Shown here in pieces: positions 8,433 through 18,823 of a stretch of 64,000 bases of DNA; the first letter of the stretch is position 1, and the number at the start of each line of letters is the position of its first letter. Both the position numbers and the translations under genes were made by a program. The notes below the pieces were generated by a model. The model was not told the DNA's origin and did not search any database. It worked only from the letters and a program-made list of their open reading frames with translations. This stretch comes from Gammaproteobacteria bacterium (GTDB lineage: Bacteria; Pseudomonadota; Gammaproteobacteria; Arenicellales; Poriferihabitantaceae). The stretch lies in NCBI GenBank assembly GCA_028817405.1, contig JAPPPS010000121.1, positions 9,139 to 73,138 on the forward strand, read 5' to 3'.

Positions 8433-9650
8433 CTAATACGACCTCGGCAGGCGCAGCGCATGTTCGGCGATGTAACTCAAAATCATGTTGGTGGAAACCG
8501 GTGCGGTGCGGTATAGGCGGGCTTCGCGGTATTTGCGCTCGAGGTCGAATTCTTCGGCGAAACCGAATCCGCCGTGGGTTTCCATGCAGGCCTCGGCCGC
8601 GGCCCAGGAGGCATCCGCGGCCAGCAACTTGGCGAGATTGGATTCCTCGCCGGGGGCATGGTTGTAGCCCCGGCCGCTTTCGCGGTGCCGGCCGCCGCCG
8701 TTGTCGCGGCCGTCGCATTCGTCCATTTCATACCGCCGCGCCGCCTCGCGCAGCATCAACTCGGCCGCGCGCATGTCGGCGTAGGCGCGGGCGATGGGGA
8801 ACTGCACGCCTTGGTTCTGGCCGATGGGGCGGCCGAACACCCGCCGCCGGCCGGCGTAGTCGACCGCCTTGCCGATGAACCACTTGGCATCGCCGATGCA
8901 CTCGGCGGCGATGAGAATGCGCTCGGCGTTCAGGCCGGACAATATGTAACCGAAGCCGCGGCCTTCGTCGCCAATCAAATTCTCCGCCGGTACCGCGAGG
9001 TCGTCGAAGAACACTTCCGTGCTCGCATGATTCATCATCGTCCGCAGCGGTTTGATGGTCAGATTCTTTGCCGGCGCATCGCGCAAGTCGACCAACAGCA
9101 CCGACAACCCGTCGGTTTTCTTGGCGACTTTTTCGCGCGGCGTGGTGCGGCACAGCAGCAGCATTAAATCGGAATGTTCAGCGCGCGAAGTCCATACTTT
9201 TTGGCCGTTGACGAGGTATCGGCCGCCGTCGCGCCGCGCGGCGGTGCGCAGCGAAGTGGTGTCGCTGCCGCTGCCCGGCTCGGTCACGCCGAACGCTTGC
9301 AGGCGCAACCTACCGGCGGCGATGCCCGGCAGGTATTTTTGCTTCTGCGCCGCCGAGCCGTGCCGCAGCAGCGTGCCCATGGTGTACATCTGCGCGTGGC
9401 AGGCGGCGGCGTTGCACCCCGCGCGGTGGATTTCCTCGAGAATCGCCGCGGCCGCGGAAATCGGCAGGCCCGCGCCGCCGTAGCGGTCCGGAATCAGCGC
9501 GGCGAGGAAGCCGGCCGCGGTCAACGCGTCGACAAATTCCTGCGGGTAGGCGCGCGCGCGGTCGAGACGCCGCCAGTATTCGCCCGGAAAACCCGCGCAC
9601 AACCGCGCCACCGATTCGCGGATGTCGCGGTGGTTCGACTCAAGCGTCAT
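8433..9650 (-). CDS. acyl-CoA dehydrogenase
   Basis: The 405-aa ORF carries the blocks FGVTEPGSGSD, LVNGQKVWTS and ETHGGFGFAEEFDLERKYREARL. It contains a Gly/Arg/Asp-rich insert (DECDGRDNGGGRHRESGRG). Confidence 0.85.
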   Translation of the reverse strand: MTLESNHRDIRESVARLCAGFPGEYWRRLDRARAYPQEFVDALTAAGFLAALIPDRYGGAGLPISAAAAILEEIHRAGCNAAACHAQMYTMGTLLRHGSAAQKQKYLPGIAAGRLRLQAFGVTEPGSGSDTTSLRTAARRDGGRYLVNGQKVWTSRAEHSDLMLLLCRTTPREKVAKKTDGLSVLLVDLRDAPAKNLTIKPLRTMMNHASTEVFFDDLAVPAENLIGDEGRGFGYILSGLNAERILIAAECIGDAKWFIGKAVDYAGRRRVFGRPIGQNQGVQFPIARAYADMRAAELMLREAARRYEMDECDGRDNGGGRHRESGRGYNHAPGEESNLAKLLAADASWAAAEACMETHGGFGFAEEFDLERKYREARLYRTAPVSTNMILSYIAEHALRLPRSY

Positions 9651-9674
9651 CGCGCAACACGCATCGGGGGCGCG

Positions 9675-10433
9675 CTATTCCCGAGGTTCCCCGGCCGCCG
9701 CCAGGTCGCGGCAGTCGACTTCAATCACTACCGCGCCCGGCTCGGCCCACTGCCGCGCGCGCAGTTGTTCGCGGCGGCGCGCGGTCGCGACCGTCGCTTC
9801 GAACCAGTCGTGCGGCCCGATGTCGCGGTAGTCGCGGCGGGCGCGCGCGGCGATGTTGCGCGCGCGCAGGTGCGCGATGTATTTCTCCGCCAGCGCCGCT
9901 TGGGTGAAGTAGCCGAGCGAGATGACGGTTTTGCGGCCGGCCGAGTCGGCCTCGACAAAATGCTCCAAGTCGCTTTCCTGCAGCCACGCCAGCGTCGGCG
10001 CCGCGGCCGCGCGCGAGTCGAACGGGCCGAGATACACCCGCACCACTTGGGTGGCCCGGCGCGCGCTGCGAACCGCCCGGTAGTCGAAACCTTGCGCGCG
10101 CATCCAACGCTCGGCCGCGTCCCAAGCGTCGCCGCCTTTGAACGGGCCGATGCGGTGGCACGAGCGCGCGGCGGGTTGTGAATCGAGGCCGGACGGTTGG
10201 ATGTTGATGCCTTGGGCGACGCGCGCAGCGCCGGCCGAGTCGGCGCTCGCCACCGTCGCATCGGCCGCATCGGACTCGGCGGCCGGCGGAATTTCATGCA
10301 CCAGTCGCATCGCATCGGCGTTGACATCGGCCACCGCGACCGGCGCGGGCGCGCCCGGCGGCGCGCTACCGCCGGCCGCCCACAAATAAAGAACGACATT
10401 CGCCGCCACCAGCGCGCCCGCGAGCCACTTCAT
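9675..10433 (-). CDS. SPOR-domain membrane protein
   Basis: ATG at 10431-10433 (MKWLAGALVAANVVLYLW) opens an N-terminal TM segment. C-terminal SPOR-like segments include VRVYLGPFDSRAAA and VISLGYFTQAALAEKY. The gene sits in the usual position downstream of coaX. Confidence 0.65.
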   Translation of the reverse strand: MKWLAGALVAANVVLYLWAAGGSAPPGAPAPVAVADVNADAMRLVHEIPPAAESDAADATVASADSAGAARVAQGINIQPSGLDSQPAARSCHRIGPFKGGDAWDAAERWMRAQGFDYRAVRSARRATQVVRVYLGPFDSRAAAAPTLAWLQESDLEHFVEADSAGRKTVISLGYFTQAALAEKYIAHLRARNIAARARRDYRDIGPHDWFEATVATARRREQLRARQWAEPGAVVIEVDCRDLAAAGEPRE

Positions 10434-10443
10434 CACGGCGGCG

Positions 10444-11358
10444 TCACGATGATTGCGCGGCGATGACCGCCAGGCCGCGCAACACCAAGTCCGGCGCGCA
10501 CTCCGCGCCGGCGCTCAGCAACTGCGCGAGGCGGCCGGCGTCGCCGCCGGTGACGATGACGGTGCATTCGCTTTGCAACGCCGCCAGTTGCGCCGCGACC
10601 GCGCGCTCGACTCCGCCGGCGAGCGCCAACCACGCGCCGCCGGCCACCGCCGCTTGGGTGTCGGTGGCGAGGGCGGTGGCGAGGGTTGCGGCGACGGTGG
10701 GGGCGACTTCCGTGGCATCGGCGACATCAGCGGCAGCGGGGCCAGGCGCGGCGCAGTCGTTTTCGCCGGCACCGTCACCGGCACCGGCACCAGCACTGTC
10801 ACTGTCACCGTCGTCACCGGGGCCGCCGAGGTTTGCGGTTTGGCGGCGCAGTGCCTCGCGCATGGCGCGCGCGCCGGGCAGGATGATGCCGCCGCGGAAC
10901 ACGCCGCCGGCGTCCAGCGCGTCCACCGTCACCGCGCTGCCGGCGTCGACCACGATGACCGCGCGGCGCGGGAACATGCGGCGCGCGCCCACTAACGCGG
11001 CCCACCGATCGCCGCCCAAGCGCGCCGGTTGCGGGTAGGAATTGACCACGCCGGCTTGGCGCGCCGGCGATGCGATGAACGCCGGTTGCAAGTTCCAAAC
11101 GCGGCCGGCGACCGCGGCGATGATTTTCTCAACCGCCGGCCCGGCCACGCACGATGCCCACACCGCGGCCGGCTCCAGCCCGGCCCACGCCGCGGTCAAT
11201 GCGGCGTGCAATTCCGCCGGCGAGTTGCGCTCGATGGCGACCGCATCGCCGATGTCGAGGCCGGAGTCGGGGGCGGAGTCGCGGTTGGTGTCGCGGCCGG
11301 CGGCGCGGGTGACCGCCCATTTCAGTCGATGGTTGCCGGCGTCGATTAACAGTTTCAT
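10444..11358 (-). CDS. coaX: type III pantothenate kinase
   Basis: Part of ORF 10444-11547. The start ATG at 11356-11358 (MKLLIDAGNHRLKW) overlaps the birA stop (ATGA). The gene contains a Gly/Asp/Ala-rich insert of about 45 aa. Confidence 0.8.
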   Translation of the reverse strand: MKLLIDAGNHRLKWAVTRAAGRDTNRDSAPDSGLDIGDAVAIERNSPAELHAALTAAWAGLEPAAVWASCVAGPAVEKIIAAVAGRVWNLQPAFIASPARQAGVVNSYPQPARLGGDRWAALVGARRMFPRRAVIVVDAGSAVTVDALDAGGVFRGGIILPGARAMREALRRQTANLGGPGDDGDSDSAGAGAGDGAGENDCAAPGPAAADVADATEVAPTVAATLATALATDTQAAVAGGAWLALAGGVERAVAAQLAALQSECTVIVTGGDAGRLAQLLSAGAECAPDLVLRGLAVIAAQSS

Positions 11359-12167
11359 GGCGAGACCGCCTCCAGCGGTCGCACCCGCGCTTCGCCGGAC
11401 AGAATGCGCCGGCGCGCGCCGCCGGGTTCGCACGCGTCGATGAGCAGCGCGCCGTCCGCGTCGATGCCGCGCGCGATGCCGCGAAACGACTCCGCGCCCA
11501 ACCGCACCGCCACCGCCCGCCCGCGGTACGCATGCGCGGCGTTCCATTGGTCGACAAACGCCGTCAGGCCGGTCGCGCAGAACCGCCGCAGGTAATCGCA
11601 GTGCGCGAGGATTAATTCGGCCGCGAGGTGGTCGCGGTCGACACCAAAGCCGAGCGAATGCAGGTCGGTGCGCGGCGTTTCATCGGCCGCGGCCGGCGAC
11701 GACTCCGGCGACGACCCCGGCACCGCCGGCGCGACATTGACGCCCATGCCGATGACGCAACGCGCGTCGTTCAACTCGGTCAAAATGCCGCCGAGTTTGC
11801 GCCCGCCGGCCAGAATATCGTTCGGCCATTTCAAGCCGATGGCATCGACTCCCAAGCGGCGCAGCGCGTCGAGCGCCGCCAAGCCGGAGACCAGCGACAG
11901 ACCGGCCGCGCCGCCGGCCGCGCCATCGAGATTCCAGCCGATGGACAGCAGCACCGCGCCGCACCGCGGCGTCCGCCACGCGCGCCCGCGCCGCCCGCGC
12001 CCGGCCGACTGCCACTCGGCGATGCACACCCGCGCATGCGCGTCCGTTTGATTCATCAGCCAAGTATTGGTCGAATCGATTTGCGCGAAGTGGTGGACGC
12101 GCCCGGCCGCAACCGCGCCGCCGCGCTGCAGCAACGCGTTGATTCGTTCCACATCGTGGCGGCGCAT
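11355..12167 (-). CDS. birA: biotin--[acetyl-CoA-carboxylase] ligase (no N-terminal repressor domain)
   Basis: The GRGRRGRAW signature is present. At 270 aa the protein is the right size, and it lies immediately upstream of coaX. Confidence 0.85.
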   Translation of the reverse strand: MRRHDVERINALLQRGGAVAAGRVHHFAQIDSTNTWLMNQTDAHARVCIAEWQSAGRGRRGRAWRTPRCGAVLLSIGWNLDGAAGGAAGLSLVSGLAALDALRRLGVDAIGLKWPNDILAGGRKLGGILTELNDARCVIGMGVNVAPAVPGSSPESSPAAADETPRTDLHSLGFGVDRDHLAAELILAHCDYLRRFCATGLTAFVDQWNAAHAYRGRAVAVRLGAESFRGIARGIDADGALLIDACEPGGARRRILSGEARVRPLEAVSP

Positions 12168-12196
12168 TTGGTTGGGCGGCGGTTTTTTTATTCCGG

Positions 12197-15100
12197 TTAT
12201 GCAACCGCGTCGATTTTTTTCATGACTTTGGCGGTCTCAACCAGAGCGACGATGATTTTTTGGTAGCGGTTGATTTCATCCGGAGTCAGCGCGCGATTTT
12301 TGCGGTCTTTGAGATACTTTTGCGCCGGTTGATAGCCGCCGATGTAAAACTCCCAAGCGGATTTCGGCGCTTGGGCGAAGTGTTGGGTTTTGTTAATCCA
12401 CACTTTGCCGTTGTCGAACTTGACGGCGGTGACGGTGTTGTCGCCGGGTTCGGGGTAGGTGGTGATTAACCGGTTTAACTTTTCGCTTTCCATGAGATGC
12501 AACGCGCGCAACTCGGCGCCGAGTTTGGCGAGGGCGCGGAATTGTTTTTTGTCGCGCGGATAGGGGACGCGGGGGAAGTCGATTTTCAGGAATTCGCGGA
12601 ATTTCTCCCGGTAGGTTGGGCCGTGGAGGACGGCGTAGATGTAGTCGAGAATATCCACCGGCGCAAAAGCATTGCGGGCGGCGGTTTTTTCCGGGGTGAA
12701 TGTCATGTCGATGTTGCCGGCGATTTGTTGAACGATGTCGGCGTTGAGGTTGGGCTTGCGCGACGGTTGACCGTCGAGGCGGGTTTGTTCCTCATCGGGG
12801 TAGAGGTAGAGCGGAAAAACATATCCCCACTCTCCGGTTACGCAACCCTCGCAGATACTTTTGGTGATAAACGCATGCTGAAAGGCGGGCGCGCTCTGCA
12901 GTCGCACTTGGCGTACCGTGATGAGCGCGAGATTCTCACCGTCCAACATGTGGCGCATGGTTTTGTGCCGCGGATAAGCCAGAAAGCCCTTGGTTCTCCC
13001 GGTGTAAAGGGTTTTTCTGGCGTCAAACGGCCGGTACAGGATGGAAACCGTTCGCGGCCCGCCTTCCTGAACATCCTGTTTTGCCCATGCGACTCTCCAG
13101 TCGCGGCCGTCATCCGGCAGGAGATACTTCTCCCTGATTTCTTCCGCATCCAACCGTTCCAAGTCTTTTCTGACTTTGCCGATTTCCGCCGTGGACATGG
13201 CGACGGTCAGATGGTCCCGTTTGGTTTGTATGCCGGAATTGTATTCTTCAAACAGCGCGTTGACGGCGAAACCTTTTTGATATTCCGCCTGCGCGGAAAA
13301 ATCCTTCGGCACGAAGAAAAAATGCGGCGCGCGCGGTTTCAGTTTGCGAAACTTCACCTTGCTGAGCGCGTTGCTCCACAAGAATTCATACTTGCTCTGC
13401 CGCGCGCCGAACAGGTCACGGTAAAACACCTCGGCCAAAGCGCCATTTTTCTTTTTGTTGCTCTTGACAAAAATGTTGATGGAAACACCCTGCATAATGT
13501 CGAATACATTCTGGTCCTTTGAGCCGTCCGGCGCGCGTTCTTTCTTGCGCGTGTCACCGTGCAGATTAAGAACATAAATGCGGTCGAAGGTTTCCAACAA
13601 ACGCTCGCGCATGCGACGGTGGGTGATGCCATCGACAAAACTGTTGTTGGAGATATATGCGAGGATGCCTTCACCGGTTTTGTCGACCAAGTACTCACCG
13701 AAACGAATGAACTTGATATAGTCATCGTCCAGATTCAGTTTTTTCTCGTTGAGCCCTTCTTTGTAATCCGCAATTAAATCCTGAATCCACCGTCCACGGT
13801 TGCTGCTGCTAACCGCATACGGCGGATTACCCATCACCACCATCACCGGCGCATTGCGCTTGACTTCATCGGCGCCGCGCGCTTCCTGCACCAGCCAGTT
13901 GGCGAACGGAATATCGCGCATCTGGGTCTCGGCCTCGCGATTCTCCAGCGAGTTCGTGAGGAAAATCCGCAGCCGTTGCCCGCCCAAGTCGAAACCAGTC
14001 TCTTTCAAAATCATCTCCAACTTCACATGCGCCATCGCGTACGGCGCCATGAGAATTTCAAAACCATTCAAACGCGGCAGCAAATCATCCCGAACATAAT
14101 CGGGCCACACACCCCGCTGGCCGCGAAAACTTTCGTGGATAAACTGCACGATGTCGGCAAGAAAAGTCCCGGTGCCGGTGCCGGGGTCGAGAATCTGCAC
14201 CTTGTGCACCTCTTTTTCCGCGCCATCCACCGTCACCATCGTTTTTGCGGTATCCCCCAGTCCGCCGGACAGTTTGAATTCCTTCTTCAGAATCTCATCC
14301 ACCGCGCGCACGATAAAATTCACCGCCGGGGCCGGGGTGTAATACACGCCGCGACTCTTGCGCAACTTTCCATCGTACTGGCCGAGAAAGGTTTCGTAAA
14401 AATGAATGAACGGGTCGGTGCGCTGCGTCGACCGGCCGAAGTCTTTCATCAACGCGCCCACATCGGTGGCGCGGAAAATATCGGCCAAGTCGTCGACGAG
14501 CCAGCGAATGCGCGCATCCAAATCATAGTCGGCGATATAACCGAAGAACTTTTTCAAGAACGGATTGCTGCCGGGAATGAGTTTCGCCGCTTCATGACGG
14601 GTGAAAGTCATGGGCGTCGGGTCATGCAGGCGCGCGACGAACATGCCGTACGCGATGGTCTGCGCATAAATGCCGGCAAACCGCGGCGGCTTGATGCCAG
14701 CGTCCAGAATTTCCCGGAACGCTTTCAGTTGGTTTTGCAACTCGCCGTCACCGTCCGCGCCGCCGTTTTCCTCATCATCAGCCAACGCCCCGGCAATCAC
14801 TTGCCCAAGCAGCCGCGCTTTGTCGGCCATGCGTTTTGCCAAGTCATCCGCGGCGGTGATGGTCTGGCCCTGGTATGCGCTGAAGTCGGCGATGAGATTT
14901 TTGAGACGCGCAAAATTCTCCGGCAACGGTTTGATTTTTCCGCCGCGCAACTCGGCGATGGCGACGGTGTCCACCGGTTTGGTCTCAGCGTCCCGGTGGA
15001 AACGAAACTCCAAATAGTTGGTGAAGATTAAGTTGTCGAGCGATTGGAGATAGCGGTTGAACTGGTCGCCGAATGCTTTGTCGTCCAATGACTTGTCGAC

Positions 15101-15325
15101 ATCCTTGGCCTCGATATAGCCGAGCGGAATGGCGTTGCGCGCCAGCACATAATCCGGCGCGCCGCAGTCGGTGATGCGGCGCGGTTCGTTGGTGATGTCC
15201 ACGCCGGGCAGCATGGCGCGCAGCAAGATTTCCAAGTCGCCACGGTAAGTATGCTCGGTGGCGTTGCCGCGGCGGTGGCGCTCGGCGACGGCTTTAAGAT
15301 AGGCGCGGATGGCGGGCGGGGACAT
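12197..15325 (-). CDS. single-polypeptide Type IIG-like restriction-modification enzyme (N-terminal PD-ExK nuclease, gamma-type N6-adenine methyltransferase, C-terminal specificity region)
   Basis: Part of ORF 12197-15463. The start is ATG 15323-15325 (MSPPAIRAYLKAV). A nuclease-like motif reads GAPDYVL...GYIEAKD, the AdoMet motif is ILDPGTGTGTFL and the catalytic motif is VVMGNPPYAV. GC content is visibly lower than in the neighbours. Confidence 0.75.
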   Translation of the reverse strand: MSPPAIRAYLKAVAERHRRGNATEHTYRGDLEILLRAMLPGVDITNEPRRITDCGAPDYVLARNAIPLGYIEAKDVDKSLDDKAFGDQFNRYLQSLDNLIFTNYLEFRFHRDAETKPVDTVAIAELRGGKIKPLPENFARLKNLIADFSAYQGQTITAADDLAKRMADKARLLGQVIAGALADDEENGGADGDGELQNQLKAFREILDAGIKPPRFAGIYAQTIAYGMFVARLHDPTPMTFTRHEAAKLIPGSNPFLKKFFGYIADYDLDARIRWLVDDLADIFRATDVGALMKDFGRSTQRTDPFIHFYETFLGQYDGKLRKSRGVYYTPAPAVNFIVRAVDEILKKEFKLSGGLGDTAKTMVTVDGAEKEVHKVQILDPGTGTGTFLADIVQFIHESFRGQRGVWPDYVRDDLLPRLNGFEILMAPYAMAHVKLEMILKETGFDLGGQRLRIFLTNSLENREAETQMRDIPFANWLVQEARGADEVKRNAPVMVVMGNPPYAVSSSNRGRWIQDLIADYKEGLNEKKLNLDDDYIKFIRFGEYLVDKTGEGILAYISNNSFVDGITHRRMRERLLETFDRIYVLNLHGDTRKKERAPDGSKDQNVFDIMQGVSINIFVKSNKKKNGALAEVFYRDLFGARQSKYEFLWSNALSKVKFRKLKPRAPHFFFVPKDFSAQAEYQKGFAVNALFEEYNSGIQTKRDHLTVAMSTAEIGKVRKDLERLDAEEIREKYLLPDDGRDWRVAWAKQDVQEGGPRTVSILYRPFDARKTLYTGRTKGFLAYPRHKTMRHMLDGENLALITVRQVRLQSAPAFQHAFITKSICEGCVTGEWGYVFPLYLYPDEEQTRLDGQPSRKPNLNADIVQQIAGNIDMTFTPEKTAARNAFAPVDILDYIYAVLHGPTYREKFREFLKIDFPRVPYPRDKKQFRALAKLGAELRALHLMESEKLNRLITTYPEPGDNTVTAVKFDNGKVWINKTQHFAQAPKSAWEFYIGGYQPAQKYLKDRKNRALTPDEINRYQKIIVALVETAKVMKKIDAVA

Positions 15326-15461
15326 GGGGAAAGTATAGCGATATTCGGGCGGCGGCGCGGGGAAATTTGGCGGCGGCGCGGCGATTTGTGTTATGGTTGC
15401 GCGCTCACCGAGTGAGACCATCCCCGCCGCCGCAACGCGCGCATGGCGGCGGCACAGCGCC

Positions 15462-16607
15462 ATGATTCAACGCAATCCGACCCGCGCAATTCGCATCGGC
15501 GGCCTCGCCATTGGCGGCGGCGAGCGCATCGCCGTGCAGAGCATGTGCGCGACGCCGACCACCGACACCGCGGCCACGTTGGCGCAGTTAAAACAATTGC
15601 GCGCGGCCGGGGCCGACATCATTCGCGTCGCGGTGGACAACAACAAAGACGCCGATGCGTTGATTCACATGCGCCGCGAATCGGAAGACGCGGCGGCCGC
15701 GGTGGTCAGCGTCGACTTGCAGGAAAACTACCGCTTGGCGAAAGTGTTGGCGGCGCATGTCGATAAAATTCGATACAACCCCGGTCATTTATACCACCAC
15801 CAACGCGCGCTTTCATGGCGCGACAAAGTCGCGGACTTGGCGGAGTTGGCGGTCCGACATGACTGCGCGCTGCGCATCGGCGTCAACGCCGGCTCGGTGG
15901 ACCCGGCCTTGGCGGAAAGTCACGGCGATGATTCGGTGGGCGCGATGGTAACCAGCGCGCTGCAGCACAGCGCGCATCTCGACCGCTTGGGTTTCACGCG
16001 CTATTGCGTGTCGCTGAAAGATTCGGACCCCAACAAAGTCATCGACGCCTGCCGGCGTTTCGCCGAAGCGCGCCCGGAAGTGCCGCAGCATCTCGGCGTT
16101 ACCGAAGCCGGCATGCCGCCGGAGGGCGTGGAAAAAACCCGCATCGCTTTCGAGCAGTTGTTAAGCCGCGGCATCGGCGACACCGTGCGCGTGTCGTTGA
16201 CCGTGCGCAACGAAGAGAAATCCATGGAAATCGAAGCCGCGCGGCGCATCATCGATGACATTAACGCCGGGCGGGTGCGCAGCGTGGTTAAATTCAACCC
16301 CGACAAGTTGAACCTCATCAGTTGCCCGAGTTGCTCGCGGGTGGAAAATCAATCGTTCGTCGACTTGGCGCAGGCGGTCAAACAACGCACGCAACATGCG
16401 CGCGACCACGCCATCACCATCGCGGTCATGGGTTGCCGCGTCAACGGCCCCGGCGAGACCGACGACGCCGACTTAGGTTTATGGTGCGGGCCCAATTATG
16501 TGAACTTGAAACGGCGCGGCGAAAAAGTCGGCGCGTTCAAATACGACCGCATTCTCGACGCGCTCGACCGCGAACTGCATGCCATGATGGCGGAGTCGCC
16601 GTCATGA
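15462..16607 (+). CDS. ispG: 4-hydroxy-3-methylbut-2-enyl diphosphate synthase
   Basis: Starts [28 protein letters not shown] and carries ISCPSCSR and [12 protein letters not shown]. Confidence 0.9.
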   Translation: MIQRNPTRAIRIGGLAIGGGERIAVQSMCATPTTDTAATLAQLKQLRAAGADIIRVAVDNNKDADALIHMRRESEDAAAAVVSVDLQENYRLAKVLAAHVDKIRYNPGHLYHHQRALSWRDKVADLAELAVRHDCALRIGVNAGSVDPALAESHGDDSVGAMVTSALQHSAHLDRLGFTRYCVSLKDSDPNKVIDACRRFAEARPEVPQHLGVTEAGMPPEGVEKTRIAFEQLLSRGIGDTVRVSLTVRNEEKSMEIEAARRIIDDINAGRVRSVVKFNPDKLNLISCPSCSRVENQSFVDLAQAVKQRTQHARDHAITIAVMGCRVNGPGETDDADLGLWCGPNYVNLKRRGEKVGAFKYDRILDALDRELHAMMAESPS

Positions 16608-18805
16608 CCGCCGCCAGCATCGCCACCACCGACACCGTCACCTGGCACAACAGCGTCTGCCCGCACGACTGCCCATCGGCGTGCGCGCTGGAGGTGGAAC
16701 GGTTGGCGGATGGCCGCATCGGCCGAGTGCGCGGCTCAAAGCACAACCCATACACCGACGGCATCATCTGCGCCAAGGTGTCGAAGTACGCCGAGCGCGC
16801 GAATCATCCGCAGCGACTGACCCGGCCGTTGTGCCGGCGCGCGCGCAAGTCCGCGGCCGGCGATGCCGCAGCGGCCGCGGATTTTGAACCGGTCACTTGG
16901 GACGCCGCGCTCGACTTGGTGTGCGAGAAATTCACCGCGGCCGCGCGCGCGTTCGGCTCCGAGTCGGTGTGGCCGTACTACTACGGCGGCACCATGGGCT
17001 TGGTGCAGCGCGACGGCATCATTCGCTTGGCGCGCGCGCTTAACTATTCCGGCATGAAAAAAACCATCTGCGTGCAAATCGCCTACGACGGCTGGGGCGC
17101 GGGCGCGGGCGCGCTCATCGGCGCCGACGGGCGCGAGATGGCGGACAGCGATTTAATCGTGGTGTGGGGTTGCAACGCCGCGGCCACGCAAATCAATGTG
17201 ATGCACCACATCAGCCGCGCGCGCAAACGCGGCGCCAAGTTGGTTGTCATCGACCCATACCGCAACGCCACCGCCAAAGTCGCGGACTGGCATCTCGCGC
17301 CGCGGCCCGGCAGCGACGGCGCATTGGCATGCGCGGTGATGCACTGCTTGTTCCGCGACGGCCACGCCGACCGCGACTATCTCGCCGCATACAGCGACCA
17401 CCCGGCGCGCTTGGAGCGTCACTTGCAATCGCGCGGGCCGGCCTGGGCCGCCGACATCACCGGCATCGCGGCCGCGGACATCGAAACTTTCGCGGCCGTT
17501 TACGGCGCCACGCAAAAGAGTTACATCCGACTCGGCATCGGTTTCTCGCGCAGTCGCAACGGCGCGGTCAATGTGCATGCGGTGTCGTGCCTGCCGGTGG
17601 TGACCGGCGCGTGGAAACACCGCGGCGGCGGCGCGCTGCTGGCGACTTCGGATTCGTTTCGCATGGATGAGTCGTTGATTCAGGGGCCGGCGGGCGGCGA
17701 CGGTAACGGTGACGGTAACAGTGACGGCGGCGCGCGCGAGTTGGACATGTCGCTCATCGGCCCGGCGTTGTGCGGCGACGCGGCCGCGCTGCATGGCGGG
17801 CCGCCGGTCAAAGCCATGCTGATTCAAAACACCAACCCGATGTTGGTCGCGCCGGACTTGGGCGCGGTGCGGCGCGGTTTTGCGCGCGAAGATTTATTCG
17901 TGTGCGTGCATGAGCAGTTTATGACCGAGACCGCGGCCGCGGCGGATGTAATTCTGCCGGCCACCATGTTCGTTGAGCACGATGATTTGTATCGAAGTTA
18001 TGGCCACACGTTTTTGCAAGTCGGCGAGAAAGTCGTCGATGCGCCGGGCGAATGCCGCTCCAACCATGAAGTGATTTGCGCGTTGGCGAAACGGTTGGGG
18101 GTCGGCGACGGTGATGGTGACGGTGATGGTGACGGTGACGGTGACGGTGCCGGCCGCGCTGCCGGCAACGGTGACAACCGTTTCGCCGGTTTCAACTTAA
18201 GCGCGTTGCAATTAGTCGACCAAACCTTGGCCCGTTCCGGTTACCCGCCGCGCGCGCAATTCACCCGCGGGCATTTCACCGACTGCGCGCCGGCGTTTGA
18301 AGCGGCGCATTTCCTCGACGGCTTCGGCTGGCCCGACAAAAAATTCCGCTTCGCCCCGGACTGGGCCGCCATCGGACCGTACGCGCACGGCATGCCCGCG
18401 CTGCCCGACCACTGGGATGTCATCGACAACCCGACCGATGAACATCCGCTGCGCTTGGTGGCGGCGCCGTCGCGCGGTTATCTCAACAGCACCTTCAACC
18501 AGTCGCCGTCGTCGGTGCGCCGCGAAAAACGCCCGCAACTGCAAATCCACCCGGCCGCAGCCCGCCGCTTCGGCGTCGTCAACGGCGGCCCGGCCATGGT
18601 CGGCAACCGCCGCGGCCGGGTCACCCTCGCCGCCCAATACGCCGCCAACATCCAGCCCGACACCGTGGTGGTCGAAGGCATCTGGCCGGCCCGCGCCTTC
18701 CCCGAAAACATCGGCATCAACCTCCTCATCGACGCGGCCCCCACCGCCCCCAACGGCGGCGCCGCCTTCCACGACACCGCGGTGTGGGTCAAACCGGCGG
18801 AATAA
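16604..18805 (+). CDS. molybdopterin-dependent oxidoreductase (BisC/YdeP-like family)
   Basis: The start ATG at 16604 overlaps the ispG stop (ATGA). An N-terminal Fe-S motif reads [13 protein letters not shown]...ICAK, and a C-terminal molybdopterin dinucleotide-binding-like part follows. There are two GDG-type inserts (17692-17730 and 18104-18150). Confidence 0.8.
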   Translation: MTAASIATTDTVTWHNSVCPHDCPSACALEVERLADGRIGRVRGSKHNPYTDGIICAKVSKYAERANHPQRLTRPLCRRARKSAAGDAAAAADFEPVTWDAALDLVCEKFTAAARAFGSESVWPYYYGGTMGLVQRDGIIRLARALNYSGMKKTICVQIAYDGWGAGAGALIGADGREMADSDLIVVWGCNAAATQINVMHHISRARKRGAKLVVIDPYRNATAKVADWHLAPRPGSDGALACAVMHCLFRDGHADRDYLAAYSDHPARLERHLQSRGPAWAADITGIAAADIETFAAVYGATQKSYIRLGIGFSRSRNGAVNVHAVSCLPVVTGAWKHRGGGALLATSDSFRMDESLIQGPAGGDGNGDGNSDGGARELDMSLIGPALCGDAAALHGGPPVKAMLIQNTNPMLVAPDLGAVRRGFAREDLFVCVHEQFMTETAAAADVILPATMFVEHDDLYRSYGHTFLQVGEKVVDAPGECRSNHEVICALAKRLGVGDGDGDGDGDGDGDGAGRAAGNGDNRFAGFNLSALQLVDQTLARSGYPPRAQFTRGHFTDCAPAFEAAHFLDGFGWPDKKFRFAPDWAAIGPYAHGMPALPDHWDVIDNPTDEHPLRLVAAPSRGYLNSTFNQSPSSVRREKRPQLQIHPAAARRFGVVNGGPAMVGNRRGRVTLAAQYAANIQPDTVVVEGIWPARAFPENIGINLLIDAAPTAPNGGAAFHDTAVWVKPAE

Positions 18806-18823
18806 CCGCGGCGCAGCGACGCT

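Noticed and set aside
18104-18150. GGTGAC/GTCACC repeat tracts considered as CRISPR-like or other spaced-repeat arrays
   Set aside because: The units are 6 bp, contiguous and in-frame within genes. There are no unique spacers of regular length and no cas genes. They are coding microsatellites.
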